A stretch of DNA of 64,000 bases, taken from contig OZ024741.1 in NCBI GenBank assembly GCA_964016885.1, positions 188,666,001 through 188,730,000 of the forward strand, written 5' to 3'. A program made the translations under genes and the position numbers. The first letter of the stretch is position 1; every line of letters begins with the position of its first letter. Shown piece by piece: positions 13,637 to 27,979 of the stretch. This DNA comes from Eledone cirrhosa (Eukaryota). Under the pieces are notes generated by a model. That model made no database searches and was not told the DNA's origin. It was given only the letters and a program-made list of their open reading frames with translations.

Positions 13637-14944
13637 TTTACGTCTGCTTTTCCCTGCTTGAAAGGGTGGGACGGGAACTGATTCTGGCTTGATTTCTACA
13701 GCTGGATGCCCTTCCTAACACCAACCTCATTTACAGTGAGTGCTGGGTGCTTTTTTGCCATAGCACCTCCACGTCCACTTTACAGTGGAATGATAGGGAC
13801 CCCAGTCCCTTTCATCTCATTTCTACAGCTGAGTAAACTGGAGCAATGTGAAATAACTTCAAATCTAGATGGGGTTACTAGTTTATTGATGTGATGTTTG
13901 TCAATCAAAATATTCATTTTACTGAAAATAAAAACTCGGCACAGCAACTGTAGCAGTGTAAAATATATGCAGCAGTCAACAGGAAGTTTTCATATCCTCA
14001 GCAAGGTTAATGTATTTTCTTGTCCCTATGTAATCGCCATTTATTTACCAACCATTTTACAGAGTGTACTAGGTGCAACCTTTCTAGTGTTGGTGACAAT
14101 ATCACTAAAGGGGTTACTGAGTCCTTAGCATTGCCAAAGAATCATGTTTACCTGATGCTGCCTCCATTTGTGTAGCCAACATGATTGAAATATGAGAGTG
14201 TGTCTGTGTGTGTGTGTGAGAGAGAGAGAGAGGGAGAGGGAGAGAGAGAGAGAGTATGATGGAAGAAGTGGCTAGTCGCATGAATTTGTATAATTGAGTG
14301 AATGCTATATATAATAAGTATCTGTTTTATTGAAATTTCACCCAGAGCTGGAAACAGAAAATGAAAACCTAGAGAGAATTGATAACAATTCTCAAAGAGA
14401 AGAGAAGATAATTTTAAGAAATTAAAAATAGATTCCTCTCATTAATTTACATGATTAGAGAAAGGATCTTCTTCATAATTCCACATGCTCTTTTTTTAGT
14501 GCATCTTTATAATAAGGGACTGTTTTATTGAAGATGTCCCTGTCTGAGGTTAGATGAGAGAAATGCTTACTTATCTGTACTACAAGGTTGGCTCTTTACA
14601 TCTGAGTTCAAATCCCAACAAAGTCAACTTTGCCTTTCATCCTTTTAGGGTTGATAAAATAAAGTACCAGTTAAGTGCTAGGATTGATTTAATTAACTTT
14701 GCTCTTCCCTCAAATTTGATGGCCTTGTGTCTATATTAGAAATTAAAGCCAGTGGTTGTTTGAAGATTTTATGGATGTAATTAATATTCCCACTTGACAT
14801 TCTTTGAGTCAAATTTTATGTATAAGAAGCTGGTTTTTTTAAGTTAGTGATCTCACCAAATCCTGTGATTGGTTTAATTGTCTAACTTCTCCTCCAACAT
14901 TTCTTGTCATGTGCCTATATTACAAACAATTATTATATATTATG

Positions 14945-15678
14945 TTGGTGCCACAAAATCCAGGCCGAAACAAATGAGATCGTGTAGGTGTCACGACAAA
15001 AAAACACACAGTCCACGCTGTAAATGTGACCGTGTAGGCAACACGGTAAAAACCTCCCAGCCCCACACTGTAAATGTGGTTGGTGTTAGGAAGGGCATCC
15101 AGCTGTAGAAAACCCGCCAGACAGTCCACGCTGTAATGTGGCCGTGTAGGCAACACGGTAAAAACCTCCCAGTCCCACACTGTAAATGTGGTTGGTGTTA
15201 GGAAGGGCATCCAACTGTAGAAAACCCGCCAGACAGTCCACGCTGTAATGTGGCCGTGTAGGCAACACGGTAAAAACCTCCCAGCCCCACACTGTAAATG
15301 TGGTTGGTGTTAGGAAGGGCATCCAACTGTAGAAAATCCGCCAGACAGTCCACGCTGTAATGTGGCCGTGTAGGCAACACGGTAAAAACCTCCCAGCCCC
15401 ACACTGTAAATGTGGTTGGTGTTAGGAAGGGCATCCAACTGTAGAAAACCTGCCAGACAGTCCACGCTGTAATGTGGCCGTGTAGGCAACACGGTAAAAA
15501 CCTCCCAGCCCCACACTGTAAATGTGGTTGGTGTTAGGAAGGGCATCCAGCTGTAGAAAACCTGCCAGACAGTCCTATGCGAGCAAGACAATCACTCTTG
15601 CCTCAAGTGGGACTACCCCCGTCCAAACCCATGCAAGCGTGGAACATGGACGTTAAACGATGATGATGATGATGATGA
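14945..15678 (+). mobile_element. RTE 3' UTR fragment with an internal 112-bp unit amplified 5 times (~15009-15575)
   Basis: CAGTCCACGCTGTAATGTGGCC...TAGAAAACCCGCCAGA repeated with 112-bp period, then the normal RTE end and (TGA)n. Confidence 0.88.
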
Positions 15679-15878
15679 TATTGGCAGAGTCATCACAGTG
15701 TCAGATAGATGCTTTATAGTATTTGTTCAGGCTCTTTACATTTTGAGTTCAAATCTCATCAAAGTCAACTTTCTATTTCATCCTTTCAAGGTTGATAAAA
15801 TATTGTACCAGTAAAGTACTGAGGTTGATTTATGTGACCCCTTAAAATTGTTGGCCTTATTAGAAACTATTATGGCGG

Positions 15879-16290
15879 CGGCGGATTGGTAGTATTGGTA
15901 GAGGGTCGAACGCCATGCTTTGACGCATAGAGTTACGGCCCTTGCCATTCTGAGTTCAAATCCCGCCGAGGTTAACTTTTGCCTTTCATCCTTACGGGGT
16001 CAATAAAATAAAGCACCAGTAATGTACTGGGGTAATCGCTGGCCTTGTACCAAAAGTAGAAACAATTATTATGGTGGATTGGCAGAACCAGTAGAGCATT
16101 GGACAACAAGCTTCACAGCATAGAGTTACGGCTCTTTATGTTGTGAGTTCAAATCCTGCTGAGGTTAGCTTTGCCTTTCATCTTTATGGGGTCAATAAAA
16201 TAAAGTACCAGTAATGCACTGGAGTTGATTTAATCAACTTTCCACCTACCCCAAACTTGTTGGCCCTGTGCCTAAATCAGAAACCATTAT
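15879..16290 (+). mobile_element. Two tandem family A SINE copies
   Basis: GATTGG(C/T)AG..GGTAGAG A-box, GAGTTCAAATCC B-box, TTTGCCTTTCATC..GGGGTC.ATAAAATAAAGTACCAG core, twice. Confidence 0.8.
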
Positions 16291-17040
16291 TAGTATTATG
16301 AAGAAGAGAAACCCTCTTCATAATAAATAATCTCAAAAAATACAGACACTTAATTGATTATTTTTCTTTCATTATCTATCTATTTTAATTAGATTATTAG
16401 CAATTTTTAACCACTGTGTACAAATTTCTATATATTACAATGAGATAGGCGTTGTTAGTTTCTAGAAAAACCTTGGTGAATACTATATGTTCCGATAGCT
16501 CCTTTCCCTGATTTGGATAATCTGACAATCAGATTTAGATTTTTATGGTATTATAATCCATGACAGATTAATAATTACAGAATCATTGATTCTCAACAAC
16601 TTATCTCACTGCCTGCATAACTATCTATGTGTCTGTATGTCTATCTATCTGTCTATTTGCCCATCCATCCATGCAGCCATATATCTATCTATCTATCTAT
16701 CTATCTATCTAGTCTCTATATCAGCCTGTAGGTTGAGGAAAAGGAGGAGGAGAGGAAAGGAGTACAAACTCTTCGTACTCCTGGAGATGAGGGTTGCACA
16801 TTTTTTTCGGGGGTATGTGTTACCCATATAAACTGTCTCCCTCTATTGGGGAAAATCGACTAACTTTTTAAATTCCATTTGTGATAACATTTTACACGTT
16901 TTTATTGTATGTAAACTTCCCCCTTTGTATTTGTCCCCTTCTTTTGTGCCCCTGTGGCTAATAAAGAAATATATTTATCTATCTAGTGCTCTATGTATAG
17001 TACAGAGCTATATATTTACATAATAAACAACACAATATAA

Positions 17041-17116
17041 TTATTTCATTACCGAAGGTTTCAAGAACTAGATGATTCTTGCAAGGAATGTCCAGTTCAT
17101 TCGTCAGACAAAACAA
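17041..17116 (-). ncRNA. Putative type I hammerhead ribozyme in the loop of a 35-bp inverted repeat (17016-17050 / 17139-17173)
   Basis: Minus strand: TTGTTTTGT CTGACGA [GAACTGGA..TCTAGTTC] GAAA CC-TTC-GG TA ATGAAATAA; all three stems pair. Confidence 0.65.
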
Positions 17117-17349
17117 AATAATTATGTTTTGGATAGCCAATGAAATAATTATATTGTGTTGTTTATTATGTAATTAAATAAATAAATATATATATAGCAT
17201 CATTAACATCAATCATAATATGCCACATGTGTTTGTATACTTATATATATCTGTTGGTAACTCTTTAAAATTTACACACATAAACACACACATACACCCA
17301 ATGCATTTCCTATCTCAGTTATGTTGCTTCAATATGTTCATAATTAATA

Positions 17350-17912
17350 TCGACAGCTGTATAAAAAAGTGCAGGGCGATCAAACTTCAGGGAAGTTATG
17401 GAGTAGGTAGACCCAGAAAAACCTTCCACACTTGCACCTCTCTAAGAAAATGTCACTGGATCGAGATCTTTGGCGGCATGCAGTATTACAGAAGACCCGC
17501 CTTCCCTACGTGCAGAGTTAACCTACAGTCTGTAGGCCCTCTCCAAAGCAAACCCACCCCAACCCACTACCCCACTCCATCCTCCCACTCCCACTAACAC
17601 CACCCTTTCTCTATAAAGTTATGTTGGTACCACAACATCCAGTCCAAACTAATGAGATTCTGTAGGTGTCACGACAAAAAAACACAGTCCCCGGTGTAAT
17701 GTGGCCGTGTAGGTAACACAGTAAAAAGTTCCCAGTCCACACTGTAAATGTGGTTGGTATTAGGAAGGGCATCCAGCCGTAGAAAAGCTGCCAGACAGTC
17801 CTATACGAGCAAGACACAGTCATCTGACCAATCTTGCCTGAAGTGGGACAACTCCTGTCTAACCCATGCTAGCGTGGAAGATAGACATTAAACAATGATG
17901 ATGATGATGATG
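17350..17912 (+). mobile_element. 5'-truncated RTE LINE end
   Basis: DSCIKKCRAIKLQGSYGVGRPRKT plus the shared 3' UTR and (TGA)n tail. Confidence 0.8.
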
Positions 17913-18910
17913 AGAGAATAAGAAAATGCGAAGTAGTTTCAGATGTTAAAGTCCTTTAATGATAATGCTGTGATACGTATTTCAATGACAACAGTGGCCA
18001 CATGGTTCGGTGTACCCAGTGCCGTGACATCATCAGACAGCTTCTTACATAATAAGGTTATATTCTCGAGGCAATCCAAATTGAATCGACAAGGGAATGG
18101 ACAAAGCAGGTGTTCTTGAATCGTTCGCCCGTTCCCTTGTGAGTTATATATATATATCATCATCATCATCATTTTACGTCTGCTTTTCCCTGCTTGCAAG
18201 GGTGGGACGGGAACTGATTCTGGCTTGATTTCTACAGCTGGATGCCCTTCCACATTTACAACCACATTTACAGTGAGTGGTGGGTGGTTTTTTGCCGTGG
18301 CGCCTACACGTCCACTTTGCAGTGGAATGATAGGGACCCCAGTCCCTATCATCTCATTTCTACAGCTGAGTAAACTGGAGCAATGTGAAATAAAGTGTCT
18401 TGCTCAAGGAAACAACACATCACCCGGTCTGAGAATTGAACTCACAACCTTTTGATTGCAAGGCCAATGCTCTAACCACTAAGCCATGTGCCTCCATATA
18501 TATATTTATTGTTATACTTTAGGAGGGTCATGTTGCCAATAAAAACACACGCACCTGTTGGTTTTTACTTCAATCTATACATATATATAACACTGTAGTT
18601 GTCTGTGTGTGTGTGTCCTCATTTTTGCAAAGTCTATACAAATCCACATTTCTACCCCGATCGACTTCAAACTTGCATTTATATATTCCTTGCGGTCTAA
18701 AGATACTAACTGCAGCTTTTATTTTTCAATTTTCTGTTGTTAAAGGGGTGTTAGGCGCCGGTTAGCGATCTCCGTCGAGCCCTTATAATACCTGTCTGAA
18801 TGTCTGGCTGTCTGCATAAGGACATTCTGCCGAACATGTCATTCACACATATATATACATATATACTTATATATACACATATATACATATACACACACAT
18901 ATATACACAT

Positions 18911-18955
<45 letters not shown>

Positions 18956-20378
18956 CAAACACATGCAAACACATATACACATATATATATACACATATAC
19001 ATATATATATAAATATACACATAAAAATATATGTATATATACACACACACACACACATATATATATATGCATACATACACACACATATATATATGTCTCT
19101 GTGTATATATATATATACACAGATACATTGTAGGTCGCTTTAACCCGTCTTTTATTATTCAAAAAACTTCTTGCCAATAAACATTAACCCTTTGCCCGCC
19201 ATTCATCTAACTGTAGACCAACAAATACCAAGTAAACGGAGCGTTGACAAGAACGATGGCGAATGAATCTTCGAGGTAAGCAGTTTCCTCCCGAGCTGTT
19301 AGTTCACGCGGGATTCTCTACTACACCTTTTCGTAATAATACCGAACAACGTACTGCTGGTCACTCCTTCCTCCAAAAGCCGTACATAGTGGACATGTGC
19401 ATCGGGTGCAAATCTACACCAGGCCTATGCGAGAAATCCGCAAGGGACTGCACCGAGAGGGATAGAGAGAAAGAGTAACTTAGTGGAAAGAGTACAAATG
19501 AACTTTTGCAGTAAGTAGCCTATGCCTTACTGCTATGACACTGGTACCTTCTGCCAACTTAACCTGTGACTTTCTCTTTCACATTTACTCCAAAAGGCCA
19601 AAACAGAGGAGTATGAAAAGAAGGGGCTCAACAATATTTCTATGAACAATGCATGTAGACAGCTAAACTGTACTTTCAACTTCTTAATTTTCTCTAAATA
19701 AAACAAGTTTCCTGTCGGTATATTTTCGTGCGAGATACACTGTTAGTTTATTATAAATTTCCAGTTGGTTGGTTCAATAACCAGACGTTTGTTTATATGT
19801 TGTCAAAGCTCTTTTGTCACACATTTTGTGACCTCCTCAGTGACGGATTTCTTATTTTGTATCCCTCCTTTGTTCTGTCTGACACCATCTTGTTTTGGGG
19901 CATGTGTTTTTATTGGCAGCATGACCCTCCCAATGTATAACAATATCTGTTTCAACACGTTTTCAGATAAAAAATCTTGCAAAACAAATTAAAAAACGAA
20001 GAATATATATATATTCTTTTATTCTTTTATTGATTTCAGCCATTAAATGGATTTAGTTAATCATACTGAAGTGTGGTGCATATTTTTTCAAATTTTTTGT
20101 GACACACCTAATTATAGGACATAAACATTCTGAAACATGGACACACATAAGCACATACATACACACACACACATCTATAACAGGCTTCTACACATGGCAT
20201 AGGTCAACTTGAGACTATAGTAGAAGACACTCACCCAAAGTGCCACATTGTGGCACTGAACACAAAACAACAAGATTGTGAAATGAAATCCTGAACCGCA
20301 TAGCCATGCCTGTGTATATATATATCCAGAAATAGCCGTCGACACGACTTGAGCTCTGCCGTCGGGGTCATACCTTTT

Positions 20379-20413
<35 letters not shown>

Positions 20414-20611
20414 ATTTAACGTCCATTTTTCCATGCTAGCATGAGTTAGATGGGTTGCCCTGTTGTGAGAAATGCCAGGTCAGATGAACATATCTTGCTC
20501 AAACAGAACTGATTTTCGCTTGGTTACTATGGTTGGATGCCCTTCCTAAGGCCAACCACATTTACAGTGTTTGCTGGATACTTTTTGTCGTGACACCTAC
20601 ACGACCACTTT

Positions 20612-20683
<72 letters not shown>

Positions 20684-22517
20684 GTGTGTGTTTATATATA
20701 TATATATACACACACATACACTCGCACATATATATATATATCAACATCATGATCGTTTTTCTTTACTTGCTCCACAATACTTCCACCAGATGTCCCTCTA
20801 CTTATATCTTTTCATTGTCATCTGTTTTGTGAGGTTCGGCATCCTGAGGTCCTCTCTCACCACTTCTGCCAAAGTTTTTCTGGTTTCATGTCTACCCCTT
20901 TACCACTTATAACTAGCAATTCTTCACTTAACTGTCATCATTGATTTGTATTATGTTTGTACTAATGCAATCTTGTACACTGCATCTGATTCTTCATATA
21001 CCCAAATATTTTGTCAACTAATCTGTGTTTTATCATTTATATAAACCAAAATTACATTTCAAATGGAGCATGCTTAATTCATTGTTTTCTAATTTTTAAT
21101 ATGCTGTGTTTAATGCCCATATCTCATTTCCATGCAACATCACACGTTGTATACAAGCATCATACAATCTACTCTCCACTCAGTGAGAGAATCTCTTAAC
21201 CGTTAGCATGCTAGAATGTTCTATGAATTGCTTCCCTTGACAAAGCATTAGGTATTAAGGTGAAATTACTCTATTGGTGCCTTATGTCACCTAGAGTGTG
21301 TTAAAGATTAATTTCCAACAGTAGCTTTTTCCACTCTGTTCTTATTCTGGCTACTACTATTTTGGAACACTGTTAATAGGGGGGTTTATATGAAGGAACA
21401 TACAATATGGTTATCTACAATTAACATATAAGAGTCTTGCTATGAATGTTTTAAGTTGTAATTATATCTCAGCTATCTCAGAAGCTGGTGAGAATGCCAG
21501 ATATATGTTTCTTGATTTTTATCCATCATACAAAAATAATAATAATGAAAATGATTGTGTACAGTACTCAGGAGCACTGCAACTCATCAAAGGTGCATGT
21601 ATAGTACATAGAATAATGTACAAATTAAATGTCAGGAAAGTGAACAGTGTATGAGTCATGATACACACACACACATGTGTACGTGTGTTTGGGTGGGGGT
21701 ATCAGGTGTAGTGTTGGTGAATTTTGGGAAGCATGGAAAAATGATATTTACTCACTCTGCTGAGACAGAAATAAGCTAAATGCTTATATAATTCTTTTTT
21801 GTATAGGACACATCAGCTGGGGATGTTCATTTTCATACAGTGTGAACTTGACTGACTAAGATTAATTAGCAGTAGCACTAACATAGCATGGTTCTCAATA
21901 GGGGTGTATATGAAGGTGTAGGCAATATATTTACATACAACGAATATCCAAGAGTCTCACCATGAATGTTTTAATTGTGATCATGTCACAGCTATCCCAG
22001 TAGTGAGTGAGCATGCAAGACATATATATGTTAGGAATCTATCAGTCACATTTGCAAGAGGGCAATACAAATTGATTTAACAGGATATTCTGATGAACGC
22101 TCAATGATACATGAAATTAATTCATTGTTTTAGAATGGCAACTTTTTAGTTATTTGATTTTGAATGGATTGTGAACAGAAGGAACAGGCGATGTGTAAAT
22201 GTCATACAAAATAGAATAACAAACAGGCTGGAATAAAAAAAATATATATTCCCCAAAATGGCTAAGTGTACACACACGCGCTTTTTCTCAAAACAAAAAC
22301 AACAAAAATACAACCTTTTTTCCATTTCTTTCTCTTCTAACTCTCCTCTATCATCTATTTCTTCTTTTATTTCTCATTCTATCTTCTGATGAACGACTTG
22401 CATCCAAAACGTTAAGGCTATTTTCCTGTTATATCATGCAATAAACTAATATATGTCTTCATTGTACTGTGTCCTTTGGTGTGTTGTTTTGTATTTACTT
22501 TTGCATACATACACACC

Positions 22518-22587
<70 letters not shown>

Positions 22588-22908
22588 TACAGATAATTAC
22601 ATGCACACACACACACACATGCATCTGTGCGTGTATGTATGTGTGTGTATGCAACTAGTCAATTTATCTGGTTACTAAAAATTTCATAATATCTGGTTTT
22701 AAGTCAAACATCAAACATCAACATCATGATCAGAATTCATAATGACATCAACTAAGTAATATGATGTTGTGTATAAATATAAAGTTCCATTCACTTCTGT
22801 TTGGATCATTCAAATCATCATGTATATATGTGTCTCTCTCTCTCTCATCATCATCATCATCATCATCGTTTAACGTCTATCTTCCACGCTAGCATGGGTT
22901 TAGATAGG

Positions 22909-23023
<115 letters not shown>

Positions 23024-23159
23024 CAGCTGTCAAAGAATCACCACCATGCGTTTAGCCGGCCCCCTCTATCATGAAAAGAACATTTTTTTCGGGGAAATTA
23101 TTGGATTTTTCCAAATTTAAAGGTTTATTAGGAACTTTCAATGTTTATTTTAGGTTTTG

Positions 23160-23217
23160 CCGTCTGAAGAGCTCAGGCTATCATAACTGATAGTCCTCAG
23201 TGAAATATGTATAACGG
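23160..23217 (+). ncRNA. Putative type I hammerhead ribozyme
   Basis: CCGT CTGAAGA [GCTCAGG CTATCA-TAAC-TGATAG TCCTCAGT] GAAA TATGTAT A ACGG; stem I CCGT/ACGG; in a short element between (TA)n tracts. Confidence 0.6.
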
Positions 23218-23265
23218 AATTTTAAATAAACGTGAATCAACTGAATATGGCCTCTGATCTTTTAT

Positions 23266-23309
<44 letters not shown>

Positions 23310-23808
23310 GAGAGGTATAGAGATTGTTTTAGCAAGAAGCTAACAGCATTCTATAACATATATGCGACTATAACGTCAAGATGGGAAAAGTAGTTAACGA
23401 AAGATTTAGGAAAAATAACTCAAACTCATCTCAAAAGAGAATCAGGATATAAATTCATCCACAGAATTTAGTAAAATCCAGGGAAAAATCCATAGACCTT
23501 TAACTCATGATAAAATAAAGTTTGAAACACTTATCCTTCAATTTGGAATAACATCAAATGCTCTGTATAGTCTTAAAAGACTATTTCATGAAAACTTTCA
23601 GTGGAGATGGTCACGGTTGGATTTCATTCATCAGCAGAGCTCAACAGAAACCAGGGCTCTCACAGTAATATAATCCGAAAAAGGGAATTCTAAAACTGGC
23701 TAGTTCGCCTATCATCATGTATATATATATATATATATACATGATGATATAGTCACAAGATATCAAAGTTCTATGAAACTTTATAGAAATTTGGGTCTTC
23801 CACATTTA

Positions 23809-25184
23809 TCTATAGTACTATACTGCACAGTGCTCAATAAGATTTCTACATTCATTTAAAATTCTTCTTAATTTCTTCAATGTCCGCAAATATATTTTTG
23901 TTGAATCGGCAGTCAGAGAAGCAGATAGATAATGGAATTGGGTCCATAATTTCTATTGGTGACCCTGAACCAATCCTCTGTGAAACGTGCGTAACATGTC
24001 GATACACGATAAATATATAAATGCATGTAAACAAAACTTCATCGTTTTTCTTAATATATTTTCTGTGTAAATCCCTACAACTCGAGAAGTACACGACCAT
24101 TTTTGCAAACTTTACAAACTTTCTTGAAGTGCAATGAGCTAAACAAATTTTAACTTTTTCTGCATTAGGCGAATAACTGCATTTTAAAGGCATATTTAGG
24201 CTTTTTTTAGTTGATTTCCTCAAAATTTGCAGCACACATTCGTTAGTCCCCTCGCATTGCTGTGGACAAAAAATTCCATTAATGGTTTCTAGGAAATTTA
24301 CGAATTAGTATTGGGCATTACATGCCATTTTCATTTTCAATATAAACGCTACTTAAACATCGTAAGTAGCGTTTAATATTTCATTAAAAATTTGGTTTAT
24401 TTAACAGAGGACACAACACTTACTTACTTTTAAGCAGGACCATTTTCAGGGGATTGAGGAAATGAGGGGGACCTTAAAATTTTTGTTGCCGCCCTGTTGA
24501 CGCTTTGTGCTTTCATCACACGCAAATCCGGGCCTTGTGTACGTTGCCGTGTTATTGACACCGTAAAACTCACGTCTGTGCTACTTCTACTAAGACCCCT
24601 TTTGTTGCACCTACACCGCAGTATGAACGCCCTGCGCAAGTACGCCAAACAGCGGTTGTGCTAATTCCGCAGTGACCCCTTTTGTCGCACCTTTGTTGTT
24701 GTGTAAACGCAGTGCAACCAGTGCCACCCAGCGTTTGTGCTAATTGCACTATGACCCCCTTCTGCTGCAGCTGCGTTGCCACGCTGATTTCGTCATCTCA
24801 ATATCCCTACTTAAACATACATCTCTACTTGGTTTTCACACAATTGACTACGTCGGTCCTTCAGATGATGTCTGTCCGGATGACTGAGTGCGAATCTATA
24901 AAACTCGAAAAGTACCTAACCGATTTTCTCCAAATGGAAGAAAAATCATACTCTAAGATTTAGTACGCTTAAAGAGTATCCAGCTGATTTTCTTCAGATT
25001 TTGCACATGCATGCAGATGTTTCACGATTCGGACCTGTTGGTGTTCTACGTTTCCAGAAGATGAACAATCATTCCCTGAGAATAAGGGAATTCAAAAAGT
25101 ACACAGCTACATTCCTCAATCTTTGCATATGCGTGTTGCTATTTCACGTTTCCTACCCCGTACAACACCGGGTCCTGCTGCTAG
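23809..25184 (+). mobile_element. Probable non-autonomous Helitron (3' end clear, 5' end uncertain)
   Basis: 3' ACCCCG..CGGGT hairpin followed by CCTGCTGCTAG|T at 25184, the same end as at 27979 and 54129. Confidence 0.5.
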
Positions 25185-25430
25185 TATATTTATATAATGG
25201 CTGATTGAATACGCACATATTATTTTTCTCATTTTTCTTCCATTCCTTCCTCTCCATACTCTTTATCTTTCTATTTCATCTTTTATTTTTCATTCTATCT
25301 TCTGATGAAGAACTAGTATTCGAAACATTAAGTCTCTTTTCTTATTATTTCAAGAGTTAAACTAAACTATTTCTACATTGTACTGTGTTGTTTGCTTTGT
25401 TATTTCTGTTCACTTTTTGCACAGACACAC

Positions 25431-25480
<50 letters not shown>

Positions 25481-25593
25481 ATATATATATATAATCCACA
25501 GTGGTGGTGAATTAGAAGAGACAGTAGAACATTAGATAGAATAACTTGCCCCATCTAACCCAAGCTAGTGTGGAAGATAGACGTTAAACGATG

Positions 25594-25624
<31 letters not shown>

Positions 25625-25857
25625 CTTTGCAGTATTTGTTCCAGTTCAGTGTTCAAACCCATAGACGGCATAAACTCTACCAAGTTTTAAATTGTTCAAG
25701 TTATACTGTATGTCACTTCAATACCCTTATAACTTCCTCAGGAGTTACAGGTCCATACATTCATAATATAATCCACAAAAAGTGTGATCATATATTTCTA
25801 TTTGATGAAGCTCATGGTTTTACTTTTTATTGAGTTGGCCAGTTTGCTGAAACATAA

Positions 25858-27979
25858 TCTACTATATATATGGCAATTTCTGTCTGTCTGTGTATCTGTG
25901 TATCTGTGAATAACCAATTGGCGCCTACACCAGTGATCCAATCCTGATGAAACTTTACACACATATTAAACTAATATTCAGAAACAGGACTGGCTAATTG
26001 AATTTCAATAAAAATCAATAATGGAAGCCCTGGGGACATCTTTACAATGGAGGAGGAAAGAGAAGACGTTTCAGTGAGAGAGGGGGAAGAAGAGATACTA
26101 CAACTGTATGTTAAACCCTCCCTCCCACTACTCCCCTTTCTCCTCCCACAACTCAGTCCTCAAAAATGAGGCAACAACTAATTAGAAATATACATAAAGA
26201 AATTTCGAACAAAGCAGACGACGATCTAATTTTGGTTGACGACTGAAAAGATGTCTCTGTATATATATATATATCAACTAGAAATTGATTGACATATATA
26301 TATATTTAAAATAAACATATGAAACAAGGTAATATTAGAAGTTCTAGTTAAACTTTAATTAGTTACCTACCTAGCTGTGTGTGGTTACAAACTATACAAA
26401 TTATCCCCTGTGATTGTTTCATGTGTTTATTTTAAATATATATATATGTCAACCAATTTCTAGTTGATATAAAATGCTTGGATCTATTCATTGGAATCTT
26501 TGAGCTTATTCTAAGGTGGATATGGCACATGTCTCGGACATGACTCCCTTAATTTAATTTAATTTTGGATATATATATATATATATATATAAGTGAAATA
26601 AAAAATAGAGCAAGAAACCAGGACTATCCTTCATCAGTGATCTTCTGGCTATCATCGGTATTTCTTCGCATTAAAGACGAGATACCTCAAGACAGTGCGA
26701 GCAATAACTAAAATAAGTTATTGGGATAAAAAGAATTGGGTGGAGAAAGAGATACAGGTAAACAAACAGAATGGTAAGGCAACGTAAAGAGAGGAAGATG
26801 AGAAAACAAGTCAGTGATAATTTGTGAACTTAAGTTCTAGCAAATCAATGACGAGAAGAAGAGACGCGTCCAAACCTAGTGAAATGTGAGCAAGAAAAGG
26901 ATTTCACACAGGTCAGATGGGAGGAAGTGAGAGAGGGGGAGTAGCAGAGAGTGAGTGAGTGAAAGTGTAAGGAAGAGGCCAGCCAAGAGAGGGTGACCAG
27001 CAGAGGGGGTGAATGAAAGTAAGAGATACAAAGAGAGAGAAGGGGGAGAGAGGAAGAGGATAGCAGTAAGGTGATAGAAACAGACAGGTCACAGCGGAAG
27101 GAAAAAATATATATGAATGAAAAATGGCGTTCTGTGTTGTTGCAAATGTGATACAAGTGAAATAAAAAATAGAGCAAGAAACCAGGACTATCCTTCATAT
27201 ATATATATCACATCCACTGATATGGATTCTGAACATGTGCACATGATTAGGTCACATTAAGGTCAACTGCAGGAAGAGCTGATAAGTTACAAAAAAGTGT
27301 GATGATCAATGATCTGGAAGTTGGCTTACAATGAGATTAGTCTGAAGAATAAAACCCAAATCGTATGTTGACGAATATTTGTACTCCTGGCATGTTAATT
27401 GTAACATGCCGTCTTTGAGCGTAGAGTTTATTTTGTTGATATTTCGAGGTGTTGGATCGTGGGAAGATTAACATGAATTAAGAAGATGTAACTTCTCCCC
27501 CATTATTGACACTTTGCAACAGTGAACGTTATAAGGCCCTCTTTTTTATCCGACTTATTATGGTGTGTTTTCTCGAGTTATGTCTACTATGGGGAAAACT
27601 GGATGGATTTATTGAATTGCTTCAGTCATTCGAAGGGCTTTACAAACAGTGATATACAGGGTGCTTGAACAGTACCTGAATATGTTCACTCGTTTATAAT
27701 TTCTTCAATAATTGCGATGACTTCCTCAATTGTTCTGTGTTTGTTCTTGAGTGCTAAGGCAGTAAGTTTGCTATTCTTATACATAAGTCTGTTGAATAAG
27801 TTCAATACTCTTTGAGCTCAAACTTCCCCGGTTTATTCACTCTGAATGAAGAAAGCTGGATGGAAGAAGGACTTATGACTTAAACAGCTACTGAAAATCC
27901 CGTATGGGCAACCAGGTTCGTTAGCATTTTCAGGTGCACTCTGGGAACTTTTCCAGGTATTACTGGGTACTGCAGCTAG
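25858..27979 (+). mobile_element. Non-autonomous Helitron carrying nested fold-back / Penelope-like inserts (~26270-27200)
   Basis: 5' a|TCTACTATATA followed by (TGTC)n; 3' CCAG..CTGG hairpin and GTACTGCAGCTAG|T. Confidence 0.55.
26591..27198. mobile_element. Element with 44-bp direct terminal repeats in (TA)n, related to the 10880-11902 fold-back
   Basis: AAGTGAAATAAAAAATAGAGCAAGAAACCAGGACTATCCTTCAT at 26591 and ~27155; shares CCTTCATCAGTGA and GAAATGTGAGCAAG..ATTTC.CACAGGTC with 10880-11255. Confidence 0.6.

Noticed and set aside
15009-15575. Regular repeat array resembling CRISPR
   Set aside because: Units are identical end to end with no unique spacers, derive from the RTE 3' UTR, and lie in eukaryotic DNA with no cas genes.
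23290-23700. Possible Penelope GIY-YIG coding remnant
   Set aside because: Only a faint STEFSK-like motif amid many stops; not supportable without a search.
24590-24775. Repeat-spacer-like pattern with 80-bp period
   Set aside because: Only 2-3 degenerate units, and the intervening sequences are themselves similar; a tandem duplication, not CRISPR.
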